A DNA stretch of 64,000 bases from Patescibacteria group bacterium (GTDB lineage Bacteria > Patescibacteriota > Gracilibacteria > UBA1369 > PNNO01). The position numbers and the translations under genes were made by a program. Positions within the stretch are counted from its first letter, which is position 1. Each line of letters opens with the position of its first letter. The DNA lies in contig JBHPIO010000005.1 in the NCBI GenBank assembly GCA_042568575.1, positions 17,263-81,262 on the forward strand, in the 5' to 3' direction. This document shows, piece by piece, positions 18,844 to 27,843 of the stretch. The notes below the pieces were generated by a model. The model was not told the DNA's origin. It was given only the letters and a program-made list of their open reading frames with translations, and did no database searches.

Positions 18844-18918
18844 TCCCGGGTAGCTCAATGGTAGAGCACCTGGCTGTTAACCAGGTTGTTGGCGGTTCGA
18901 GCCCGCCCCCGGGAGCCA
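18844..18918 (+). tRNA. tRNA-Asn(GTT)
   Basis: Cloverleaf TCCCGGG…CCTGG-CTGTTAA-CCAGG…GGTTCGAGCC…CCCGGGA-G-CCA. Confidence 0.97.
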
Positions 18919-19006
18919 ATTGAATTAGAGCTGAGCAAGGAGTGTAACGACACAGCGAAGCCTAAGATCTTGGCATCCACCGAAGGTGGTAGTCAAACTA
19001 AGATTT

Positions 19007-19030
19007 ACGGCTCGTTTAAGCCGTTTTTTT
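19007..19030 (+). terminator. Intrinsic terminator downstream of tRNA-Asn
   Basis: ACGGCT-CGTTTA-AGCCGT followed by a T-tract. Confidence 0.7.
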
Positions 19031-19070
19031 CAATATGCTATAATTGATGCAATTATTTAATCTAAAAGTT

Positions 19071-19259
19071 ATGAAAAAGTGTATTCCTAAATGTAGTTCT
19101 GCTTGCGGTGCTTATGGTCTAGGATTTATTGGTGCAGCAGTTTTTTACATTGGTAGTGCAACATCTTTTTGGGTGGGAGTTTTAGGTTTCCTAAAAGCTA
19201 TTGTTTGGCCAGCATTTTTGGTTCACATGGCATTTGAATTTTTTACTAAGGCGATGTAA
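19071..19259 (+). CDS. Small hypothetical membrane protein
   Basis: GAYGLGFIGAAVFYI…GVLGFLKAIVWPAFLV; TGCTATAAT at 19036-19044 favours the ATG at 19071. Confidence 0.7.
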   Translation: MKKCIPKCSSACGAYGLGFIGAAVFYIGSATSFWVGVLGFLKAIVWPAFLVHMAFEFFTKAM

Positions 19260-19260
19260 A

Positions 19261-21408
19261 TTACTCCTTAAAACGTTTAACTCTTAAGCTGTTTGTTATA
19301 ACAGATACAGAGCTCATCGACATGGCAAAACTTGCGAAGACCGGGCTTAATAGGCCGAAACCTGCAATTGGTATACCTATAATATTATAGATAAAGGCCC
19401 AGAATAAGTTTTGTTTAATTGCAGAAAATGTTCGTTGAGAAAGCTTTATTGCTGTATAAACTTTTGCTGGTGATCCTTGCATAATTACAATGTTTCCGGT
19501 CTCTATTGCTACGTCTGTACCTGTTCCGAGTGCAACTCCTAAATCTGATTGTGCGAGAGCAGGTGCATCGTTAATACCGTCTCCAACAAAGGCGATTTTC
19601 TTACCTTCGTCTTGTAATCTTTTGATTTCCTTTGCTTTATGTTCGGGTAAAACCTCGGCAATAACATTTTCTATGTTTAACTCTTTTGCAATAGCTTGTG
19701 CTGCTATTTTGTTGTCTCCTGTAATCATTATTATTTCTATATTCATTGTTTTTAGCGATTCGACAGCTTTTTTTGAATCTTCCTTAATAGTGTCCATTAA
19801 GCCAAGAATTCCAATTAATTTATCACCATGAGAAACAAAGATTGGAGTTTTCCCTTCTTCAGAAAGTTTATTTACAGCCTTTCTATGATTATCACTAATT
19901 TCGATATTATTTTCAGCAATAATTTTTTCATTTCCCAGACTTAGTTTAGTTTTATGTTCTTTGCAACTTGCAACAACTCCTTTTCCTCTAATTTCTTTGA
20001 AATCAACAAGGTCTGCTTTTGGTGAATTCTTCTTTTCTCCAAATTTCGCAATTGCTTGCGAAAGGGGATGGCTAGACATCTTTGAAAGACTATATGAAAT
20101 TTTTAGAAGTTTTTCTTCAGGAAAATCAAAGGGGACAAGATCTGTGACTTTTGGTTTTCCTTCAGTTAGGGTTCCTGTTTTGTCAAAAATAACTACATCA
20201 ATTTTATTAGACTTTTCTAATGTTTCACCATTTTTAATAAGAATACCTTTCTTTGCTCCAACGCCGGTTCCAACCATAATTGCAGTTGGAGTTGCAAGTC
20301 CAAGCGCACATGGACAAGCAATAACAAGAACAGCAACTGCAGGCAAAATGCTGGAGTCGATATCACCGGTAAAGAGCATCCATACAGTAAATGTAATTAC
20401 TGCAATAATAATTACTGTAGGAACAAAAATACTAGCCACTTTGTCACTCAGCTTTTGGATTGGAGCTTTAGACATTTGAGCTTCTTCTACCATTTGAATG
20501 ATTCGAGAAAGAACGGTATCTCCTTTAATTTTGGTTACTTCGATTTTCAAATTCCCATTTTCGTTTAGTGTAGCTCCGAAAACATCGTCACCTTCTTTTT
20601 TATCAGCAGGAATGCTTTCACCCGTTAACATGCTTTCATCAAGTGAAGCTTCTCCTGAAATAATTTTGCCATCTAAAGGAATTTTTTCGCCGGCCTTTAC
20701 GTGCAAAACATCGCCAACTTTAACTTCTTCCAGAGGGATTTCGATTTCTTTGCCATCTCTTATTACACGCGCATTCTTGGCTCCAAGTTCTAGCAGTTTT
20801 TTTAGAGCATTACTGGCTTTTCCTTTACTAATTGCTTCAAGCCATTTACCGAGATTAATCAAAGTGATAATCGCAGCAGCAGCTTCAAAATATACGTGGT
20901 GCCCTGTAAACATTGCCCAAACACTATAAAATAATGAAGATAGCGTACCTAACGAAACTAAACTATCCATATTTGATGTAAAATGGATCAGTTTTTTGGC
21001 TGCATTTCTATGAAAATGAAAACCAAATACGAATACGACAATTGCGGTGAGTAGGGCATAGACCCACATTGGTAACAATTCTGGCCAAATCATCATGCTG
21101 AAAACAGGTACAGTAAAAATTGCGGCACCAATGAATCTATTCCGTGCAGTTTTTGTTTCTTCCATAGTTTCTTTACCCATATCAATTGTTTTTCCGGTAA
21201 TTTCGTAAGCTCCATAACCAGCATGCTCAACTGCTTTAATTATTTCTTCAATATTTGTTGTTTTTTCATCAAATTCTACTTGAGCTTTATTGTTTGCTAT
21301 GTTTACTTGTGCGTTTTTAACACCTTTAACTTCCAAAACAGCGCTTTCGTTTAGTTTGGCACAACTTCCACATGTCATGCCTGTTATTTTTAAATGTATT
21401 GTTTTCAT
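19261..21408 (-). CDS. copA: Copper-translocating P1B-type ATPase
   Basis: GMTCGSC HMA, TGES, CPC, DKTGT, HP, GDGIND, YN and MSMSS motifs. Confidence 0.93.
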   Translation of the reverse strand: MKTIHLKITGMTCGSCAKLNESAVLEVKGVKNAQVNIANNKAQVEFDEKTTNIEEIIKAVEHAGYGAYEITGKTIDMGKETMEETKTARNRFIGAAIFTVPVFSMMIWPELLPMWVYALLTAIVVFVFGFHFHRNAAKKLIHFTSNMDSLVSLGTLSSLFYSVWAMFTGHHVYFEAAAAIITLINLGKWLEAISKGKASNALKKLLELGAKNARVIRDGKEIEIPLEEVKVGDVLHVKAGEKIPLDGKIISGEASLDESMLTGESIPADKKEGDDVFGATLNENGNLKIEVTKIKGDTVLSRIIQMVEEAQMSKAPIQKLSDKVASIFVPTVIIIAVITFTVWMLFTGDIDSSILPAVAVLVIACPCALGLATPTAIMVGTGVGAKKGILIKNGETLEKSNKIDVVIFDKTGTLTEGKPKVTDLVPFDFPEEKLLKISYSLSKMSSHPLSQAIAKFGEKKNSPKADLVDFKEIRGKGVVASCKEHKTKLSLGNEKIIAENNIEISDNHRKAVNKLSEEGKTPIFVSHGDKLIGILGLMDTIKEDSKKAVESLKTMNIEIIMITGDNKIAAQAIAKELNIENVIAEVLPEHKAKEIKRLQDEGKKIAFVGDGINDAPALAQSDLGVALGTGTDVAIETGNIVIMQGSPAKVYTAIKLSQRTFSAIKQNLFWAFIYNIIGIPIAGFGLLSPVFASFAMSMSSVSVITNSLRVKRFKE

Positions 21409-21421
21409 ATATTTAGGTTAT

Positions 21422-22759
21422 TTATTCAACGACTATAAATTTGCCACCAAGCATTCCCATCCAACATGTAAATGGAATAACGCCTGTTTCTTCAGGTGTA
21501 AATTCAACAATATTTATTCCTTTTTCGATTTTTTTACTCATATCTAATCTTGGTATAGCAATTTCGTTTGAACAACCGGAAATATTTATACCTTCAATCT
21601 CCCATCTAACTGGTACACCTTTTTTAACAACAAATTCATTGGGTTCAAACCCCCAATCAACATCCATTTTAATAACTTGAACACCGTCTTCAACGAATGA
21701 TTCGACCCCATCTCCTCCTTTATTCCAAAAATCTAAAGTAAAATTTGATCCTGATAAAACTAATCCTGAATTAAGTGAATAAACTGCAAAAATAATAACT
21801 ATTACACCAATTAATCTGTTAACAAATTTGAATTTACTCTTTTTTGCGTATGAAGATCCAAGGCCTAATGAAAATAGAGCAGGAAATGTTCCAATAGCAA
21901 AAGCTCCCATAATTAATGCCCCCGTAAAGAAACTTCCTGATGCAATTGCAGTTACCTGCATTGATTGCGTGAAACCACATGGTAAAAGAAAAGTTAGGAC
22001 ACCTATTAACATTGGTGTTAATGGATGATTCTTTTCTTCTAGTGAATTGATTTTTTTTGATAAACCTTTCGGCAAATGAAATCCGAGCTTAGTAATGCTG
22101 GGTACAATGTCGATTATTTGAAGTCCTATATATAACATTATTATTGCGACAACAATCGTAAGGTAACCTGTAAACGAAAGTGAGTAATTTATTTTGCTGC
22201 CGATCAAGCCTAAAATTCCACCCAAAATTGCGAATCCGACGATTCTACCAATATGAAAATAGATATGAGGTAATGATCTTGAAACCCAAGGATGCTTTGC
22301 ATCTTCTTTAACCTGATACATGTTTCCAAAACTTAGAACAATTCCACCTACGAGAATTAAACATGTGGATAGAGAGGCAACCACGCCCAATAGCAAGGCA
22401 ACAAATATTCCAGCGTTACTACCAAATTCTGGGAAAAAGCGTGTAATTTCAAGTCTTTGAAGAAGATAAGCAATTGCTGCAACTCCAAAGAAAATTACAA
22501 AGATTTGAGCATAGTCATCTAAATTATTTTTCTTTTTCTCGTATTTTTCTTCATCTTTTTTGACTATATGATAGCCGCATTTTTGTACGATTTTTTTTAT
22601 GTCTTTATATGGCACTTTGCCCTCACATTCGACATTAAGGGTGCCTTTGCGATGAGATATTTCGCATTTTGAGATGCTTTCTACTTTCATTAGTTCTTTT
22701 TCGAGAATGAGTTCGCAGCTTGCACAGTACATTCCTTTTATATGTATTGTTGGATTCAT
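21422..22759 (-). CDS. HMA + DsbD_2/TauE-like membrane domain + cupredoxin protein
   Basis: GMYCASC; STCLILVGG; LPCGFTQ; C-terminal GC…FTCWMGM. Confidence 0.85.
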   Translation of the reverse strand: MNPTIHIKGMYCASCELILEKELMKVESISKCEISHRKGTLNVECEGKVPYKDIKKIVQKCGYHIVKKDEEKYEKKKNNLDDYAQIFVIFFGVAAIAYLLQRLEITRFFPEFGSNAGIFVALLLGVVASLSTCLILVGGIVLSFGNMYQVKEDAKHPWVSRSLPHIYFHIGRIVGFAILGGILGLIGSKINYSLSFTGYLTIVVAIIMLYIGLQIIDIVPSITKLGFHLPKGLSKKINSLEEKNHPLTPMLIGVLTFLLPCGFTQSMQVTAIASGSFFTGALIMGAFAIGTFPALFSLGLGSSYAKKSKFKFVNRLIGVIVIIFAVYSLNSGLVLSGSNFTLDFWNKGGDGVESFVEDGVQVIKMDVDWGFEPNEFVVKKGVPVRWEIEGINISGCSNEIAIPRLDMSKKIEKGINIVEFTPEETGVIPFTCWMGMLGGKFIVVE

Positions 22760-22769
22760 AATTAGAGAG

Positions 22770-23045
22770 TTATTTTTTTTGAGCTGTATTCATTACAAGA
22801 AGTAATTCCTGCATCATTTCATTTAATCGTTTTGGATTTTTTTCTTTTGCAGCATTTTTTACGCAATGACCAATATGCCCTTCGAGCAAAGTAAGATTCG
22901 CTGACTTTAATAATCCAATGATAGCTAGATTTTGCTGGATTACATCAATGCAATATTTGTCATTTTCAAGCATTTGAAGGACTTTCTCGGTCAAACTTTT
23001 TGCTTTTTTCATTGCGATGGTTACTTTTGGAGTGTTGTGTGCCAT
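22770..23045 (-). CDS. csoR: CsoR/RcnR family metal-sensing repressor
   Basis: KYCIDVIQQ…LEGHIGHCV (Cys-His-Cys ligands); first gene of the cop operon. Confidence 0.88.
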   Translation of the reverse strand: MAHNTPKVTIAMKKAKSLTEKVLQMLENDKYCIDVIQQNLAIIGLLKSANLTLLEGHIGHCVKNAAKEKNPKRLNEMMQELLLVMNTAQKK

Positions 23046-23062
23046 ATATTTTTTGTTAAATG

Positions 23063-23119
23063 TTGATACCTATACCTAGGGTGTAGGTATATTGTATCAA
23101 GTTGGAAAATGTATTGCAA
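23063..23119 (-). promoter_or_regulatory. cop operon promoter (TTGCAA-17-TACAAT) with a CsoR-type operator palindrome
   Basis: ATACCTATACC-TAG-GGTGTAGGTAT at 23066-23090, directly downstream of the -10 box. Confidence 0.75.
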
Positions 23120-23211
23120 GTTTAAAAACACTTTCATTTTAAAACTAGTATTTAAACTTTTTATGAACTCTGTTATGGTGCTATGGAAAAATAATTTTTT
23201 AAAGATAAGAT

Positions 23212-24744
23212 ATGGTTACGTTTGAACTGATTGCTGTAATTGCCCTTGTACTACTGGCGTTTGGCGATCTTATTGTTGGTGTCGTAAATGACGCTGTGAA
23301 TTTTCTAAACTCTGCTATTGGTGCAAAAGTAGCAAAAATGAGTACGATAATGATAATTGCTGCGATTGGGATTATTATTGGTGCAACTTTTTCTGATGGA
23401 ATTATCGAAGTTGCAAGAAAGGGGATTTTTTTCCCGGAAATGTTCTCTTTGAATGAGGCGATTATTATTTTTACTGCCGTAGCAATTACAGATATTGTTT
23501 TATTAGACTTATATTCGACATTTGGACTTCCAACATCCACAACAGTATCGATTGTATTCGAACTTTTAGGTGCAGCTTTTGTTTTGGCATGGTGGAAGAT
23601 GGGGGATTTTAATGAAGCCTGGACAGTAATTAACAATGCATCGGCAATTAAAATTATAGTTGGGATATTACTCTCCGTGGCAGTGGCGTTTGCGATTGGA
23701 TTTGTCGGTCAGGTTCTTACAAGGATGATTTTTACCTTTGATTATAAAAAGCGTTTAAATCGATGGGGATTTTTATGGAGTGGAGTCGCTTTAACATGTC
23801 TTTTATTTTTCATCATTTTAAAAGGTGGAAAACATGCGACTTTTATGACAGGTGATGTGAAAGAATGGATAAATCTGAATTATATGAATGTTCTTTATGG
23901 GGCGTTTATCTTTTTTTCATTGTTGTCTTTGATACTAATTAAGTTAAAGGTAAATATTTTGAAAGTTATTGTGCTTGTTGGAACAGGTTCACTTGCAATG
24001 GCATTTGCGGGAAACGATTTAGCAAACTTCATTGGAGTTTCAATTGCGGGTGTGCACGCATTTCTTGGATCTGACCTTTCTGGAAGTCTTCCAACACCGA
24101 GTTGGGTTTTGCTTTTGGCTGGATTAGTTATGGCTGCATCGATGTTTCTATCGCGGAAGGCACAGACTGTTGTATCCACATCTGTTGATTTAACAAGTCA
24201 CGACAAGCAGGTGATGGAGAAATGGAATCCGAGTATCTTTGTGAAGAAATTTACAGAGCTTGTTATGTTTTTATACAAATTACTTCTTTATATAACTCCG
24301 AAGGGACTAAAAAAATGGTTTGCGAAAAGATGGGAAACTAAAAACGGTCATATGCATAAAGGTTCTGCTTTTGATTCATTGCGAGCAGCGGTTAATTTAA
24401 TAATTGCAGCTGTGGTGATTTCTTTTGCAACATCAATGAAACTGCCATTATCAACCACATACGTCACTTTTATGGTTGCTATGGGTACTGCCCTTGCAGA
24501 TGGAGCGTGGGACGGCGCTTGTGCACCTTACAGGCTCTCAGGAATTATAACTGTAGTTGGAGGATGGTTTTTTACAGCGCTTCTTGCATTTATATTAGCT
24601 GGAGTTACGGTTAGCATTTTGTTTTTAACAAAAATATACGGATTAGCGTTATTAATTCTGGTGGTTTTTGTAATGATTTATAAACTTTTCCATGTTCACA
24701 AGAGACGACATGCGAAAGTTAATCAGCAGCAGGAGTTGTTTTAG
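23212..24744 (+). CDS. PiT family inorganic phosphate transporter
   Basis: GVVNDAVNFLNSAIG, GLPTSTT, GNDLANFIG, LPLSTT. Confidence 0.88.
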   Translation: MVTFELIAVIALVLLAFGDLIVGVVNDAVNFLNSAIGAKVAKMSTIMIIAAIGIIIGATFSDGIIEVARKGIFFPEMFSLNEAIIIFTAVAITDIVLLDLYSTFGLPTSTTVSIVFELLGAAFVLAWWKMGDFNEAWTVINNASAIKIIVGILLSVAVAFAIGFVGQVLTRMIFTFDYKKRLNRWGFLWSGVALTCLLFFIILKGGKHATFMTGDVKEWINLNYMNVLYGAFIFFSLLSLILIKLKVNILKVIVLVGTGSLAMAFAGNDLANFIGVSIAGVHAFLGSDLSGSLPTPSWVLLLAGLVMAASMFLSRKAQTVVSTSVDLTSHDKQVMEKWNPSIFVKKFTELVMFLYKLLLYITPKGLKKWFAKRWETKNGHMHKGSAFDSLRAAVNLIIAAVVISFATSMKLPLSTTYVTFMVAMGTALADGAWDGACAPYRLSGIITVVGGWFFTALLAFILAGVTVSILFLTKIYGLALLILVVFVMIYKLFHVHKRRHAKVNQQQELF

Positions 24745-26501
24745 GTAACATAACCTCCACTTTGAAGGTCCCAAAGCTTTTTATATAACCCGGTGTCGTT
24801 TGATATTAAATCAGAATGTGTACCTTGTTCAGCAATTTTCCCATCTTGGAAAACAATAATTCTATCCATTTTCATAATTGTTGATAAACGATGCGCAATT
24901 ACTAAAGTAGTTTTATTTTTCATCAAATTCCCAAGAGCTTCCTGAATTTGACTTTCAGAATGAGAATCCAGACTGCTTGTTGCTTCATCCAAAATTAAAA
25001 TTGGACTGTTTGCTAAAATTGCTCGTGCAATAGCTACTCTTTGACGTTCTCCGCCCGAGAGTTTTATACCTCTTTCTCCAACAAACGTATCATATCTTTT
25101 AGGAAAACCCATTATGAATTCATGACATTTAGCGAGCTTAGCAGCAGCCATTACTTCTTTGTCAGTTGCATCCCTTCGTCCGTATCTTATATTTTCAAAC
25201 AATGTTCTATGAAATAATATTGGATCTTGAGGAACCAGACTAATTTGAGATCTAAGACTGTCTTGAGTAACGCTTTTAATATTTTGATCGTCAATTAAAA
25301 TTTTACCCCTTTGAATATCAAAGAATCTTAAAATCAATTTTGTGACTGTTGATTTCCCACCTCCAGATGGTCCAACTAATGCTATTTTTTCACCGGGTTT
25401 AATTTTAAGAGATAAATTGTTAATAACTTTTGTAGTATTGTCGTAGGCAAATCTAACTTTTTCAAATTCAATTTTTCCTCTAACTACGCTAAGGGTTTTA
25501 GCGTCTTTTTTATCTTCAATTTCGAATTTTGTGTTGAGGATTTCAGTCATTTCTTCTGCATCTGCAAGGTCGCGGAATACATTTCTCATAATTCTTCCAA
25601 ATCCCCATATCTTTTCAAAAAGTGATATTAAATATGCTTGGATCCAAATGAAATCACCTGCAGTAAGTGTCCCTTCTGCCCAATATTTGATCGCAATAAA
25701 AAATACAACAAATTCCAAAGCGATGATTGCAAAATGCTGAATTGCCCTTGCGAGTTCATCTAAATTCCATGATTTGCGGGTTTTCTTAACCCAGTTGTCA
25801 ATAATTCCTGCGAACTTTTTAACTTCATATTTAAGACCAGCAAAGAGTTTGATTGTAATTGAATTTGTGATTGTATCTGCAAGTTGAGCAGTTGTCTTTG
25901 TATCTGCTTTGGCTTTTGCAATATCATATTTCCACTTATATCGACTGAATAATAAGTTGAAAAACAAGAATAAAAATGTCCACACAATCATTACGATTCC
26001 TAAAAGAGGTTTAATTAGAAATAGGACTATAAAGATTACGATTACTTTAAGTGCAAGAGGTACAAGTTCGTAATATACGTTGTCAGCAATGTTTTCGAAA
26101 GCGCGTACTATCCTGTTAATTTTTTTAACTAAAGATCCCGAAAAATTATTAGTAAAAAATTTGTAGGAGTGGTTATGCAATTGTTCAAAACATTCGTTTG
26201 CTATGTTTCCCATCACTTTTGATTGAAGTTTAATACTGCCAATTACGGCAATTCTCCAAAATAGCCACTCCAAAAAGTGGAATCCAAAAATTACAGCAAT
26301 TACACCAACTAATGTATTTACAATTTCGCTTTTTGCCCCTTCATCTACGATTAAATCAAACAAGACTTTGTAGAAATAAGGAGCAATTAAACTAGCTGCG
26401 GTTGCACCTAGAAGTACAATTACCAAAAGAACCGTAAGAAATCTAAATTTTTTTACGTGTTTCCAGTAAAACTTGAATGTTCTCCTTGTGTTGAGTTGCA
26501 T
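24741..26501 (-). CDS. ABC transporter, fused permease and ATP-binding domains
   Basis: 6-TM domain; GPSGGGKS, LSGGERQR, ILDEATS. Confidence 0.92.
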   Translation of the reverse strand: MQLNTRRTFKFYWKHVKKFRFLTVLLVIVLLGATAASLIAPYFYKVLFDLIVDEGAKSEIVNTLVGVIAVIFGFHFLEWLFWRIAVIGSIKLQSKVMGNIANECFEQLHNHSYKFFTNNFSGSLVKKINRIVRAFENIADNVYYELVPLALKVIVIFIVLFLIKPLLGIVMIVWTFLFLFFNLLFSRYKWKYDIAKAKADTKTTAQLADTITNSITIKLFAGLKYEVKKFAGIIDNWVKKTRKSWNLDELARAIQHFAIIALEFVVFFIAIKYWAEGTLTAGDFIWIQAYLISLFEKIWGFGRIMRNVFRDLADAEEMTEILNTKFEIEDKKDAKTLSVVRGKIEFEKVRFAYDNTTKVINNLSLKIKPGEKIALVGPSGGGKSTVTKLILRFFDIQRGKILIDDQNIKSVTQDSLRSQISLVPQDPILFHRTLFENIRYGRRDATDKEVMAAAKLAKCHEFIMGFPKRYDTFVGERGIKLSGGERQRVAIARAILANSPILILDEATSSLDSHSESQIQEALGNLMKNKTTLVIAHRLSTIMKMDRIIVFQDGKIAEQGTHSDLISNDTGLYKKLWDLQSGGYVT

Positions 26502-26628
26502 AATTCTATTTATGGCATCAGTATAAGAAACGACAAAACAAATTAGATGTTTCTCATATCTAACGAGCGCTTATTCTAAAACAAAAGTAGAAGAAAGTCA
26601 AATTTGGTTTGGAAAATTACCATTCTTT

Positions 26629-27834
26629 CTAAAAAGGGGACATTGATGTTGGAAAAAATTCACCCCACTCTCCATCAACGGTCATTTTGTTAATAATTTT
26701 GCTTACAGTTTTTTCATATTCATCTTTCGAATATTTTTTATTTAGAATGCAATATTCATTATGACGTAAACCTGCACAACCAAAGCAGTTATCGCAAAAA
26801 TCACAATTATCCAAATAAGTGGAATTAGATGAGGGCCAGCAACGGTTGCAGAATTTGAGATTAAATCCGTGCACCTCATAACTGTCATAACAAAGTTCAA
26901 TTTCTCCTGAAAAAGAACAATCCATGCAATCTTTTGCTTTATCAAAAATATGATCGCAGTATCTTATGTCCTGACCGTTTCTAACATCAAACGACATGTG
27001 AATATTTTTGCTGTTCACAATAAAGTTACCAATAAAATTTTCTGAATTTACTGCATGCACATATTTTTTTGGAACAAGTTTTGATAGTTTCTTAATTTTT
27101 TCAGTATAGTCTTCAATATTTTTTAGGTTTTTAATAAACTCCTCATATTCCTTTCTTTTTACTGGTTTGTTAAATAAATAGTATTCTTTATGACGAAGCC
27201 CTATGCATCCAAAACAATTTTTGCATCCCTTTAAATCAATACTTAAAAAGCAATCATTACATTGCTCACAATCCTGACAGTAAAAACAATTGTAACAATT
27301 GACGCAATCGGTACAGTTATATAGAAGTTCAGAGTTATAACAGTATGAAGAATCTATTGTGTCTTTGCACTCATAAATCCAGTCACAATAATAGCAAGAT
27401 TGATTTCTATCGCTTCCAAAAACAAGATAACAGTCCTTGTTTCCCATGCAGAAATTACAATACTCAGAGTTTTCAGCTTGAATATTATAAAGAGCCACTT
27501 TAGGAACCTTATTTAGTAATTCTTTCATCTGTTCTAGAAACGATTTGTGTAGATCTAGTTCTTGACCATAATCCAGCGCATTCCAATCATCATTCCACCA
27601 ACATTTTTGACAATAAACTGGGAAAGATGTGTTTTTTTGATAAATCGATATGATTTTTTTATCACATAAATCACATTTTCGATGATATAAGTTGCGTTCA
27701 TTTCTAAAAGTAAGTCTCCTTTCGTATCTGCATGAAGGGCATAGCTTAGGTTCTGGAATATCGATTTTTTTGTAAAAATCTTTATCTTTTTCAAGAATTT
27801 TAAAGTCTTTATTGCATTTATTACATCTCATCAT
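26629..27834 (-). CDS. Cys-rich repeat protein, C-terminally shortened paralog
   Basis: CPSCRYERR…RNERNLYHRKCDLC, CxxCxxC repeats, ends at WGEFFPTSMSPF. Confidence 0.8.
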   Translation of the reverse strand: MMRCNKCNKDFKILEKDKDFYKKIDIPEPKLCPSCRYERRLTFRNERNLYHRKCDLCDKKIISIYQKNTSFPVYCQKCWWNDDWNALDYGQELDLHKSFLEQMKELLNKVPKVALYNIQAENSEYCNFCMGNKDCYLVFGSDRNQSCYYCDWIYECKDTIDSSYCYNSELLYNCTDCVNCYNCFYCQDCEQCNDCFLSIDLKGCKNCFGCIGLRHKEYYLFNKPVKRKEYEEFIKNLKNIEDYTEKIKKLSKLVPKKYVHAVNSENFIGNFIVNSKNIHMSFDVRNGQDIRYCDHIFDKAKDCMDCSFSGEIELCYDSYEVHGFNLKFCNRCWPSSNSTYLDNCDFCDNCFGCAGLRHNEYCILNKKYSKDEYEKTVSKIINKMTVDGEWGEFFPTSMSPF

Positions 27835-27843
27835 AGAAGAGAA

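Noticed and set aside
19490-20929. Long antisense ORFs over copA, and similar ones over the PiT, RND and typA genes
   Set aside because: They are antisense shadow frames of well-conserved genes.
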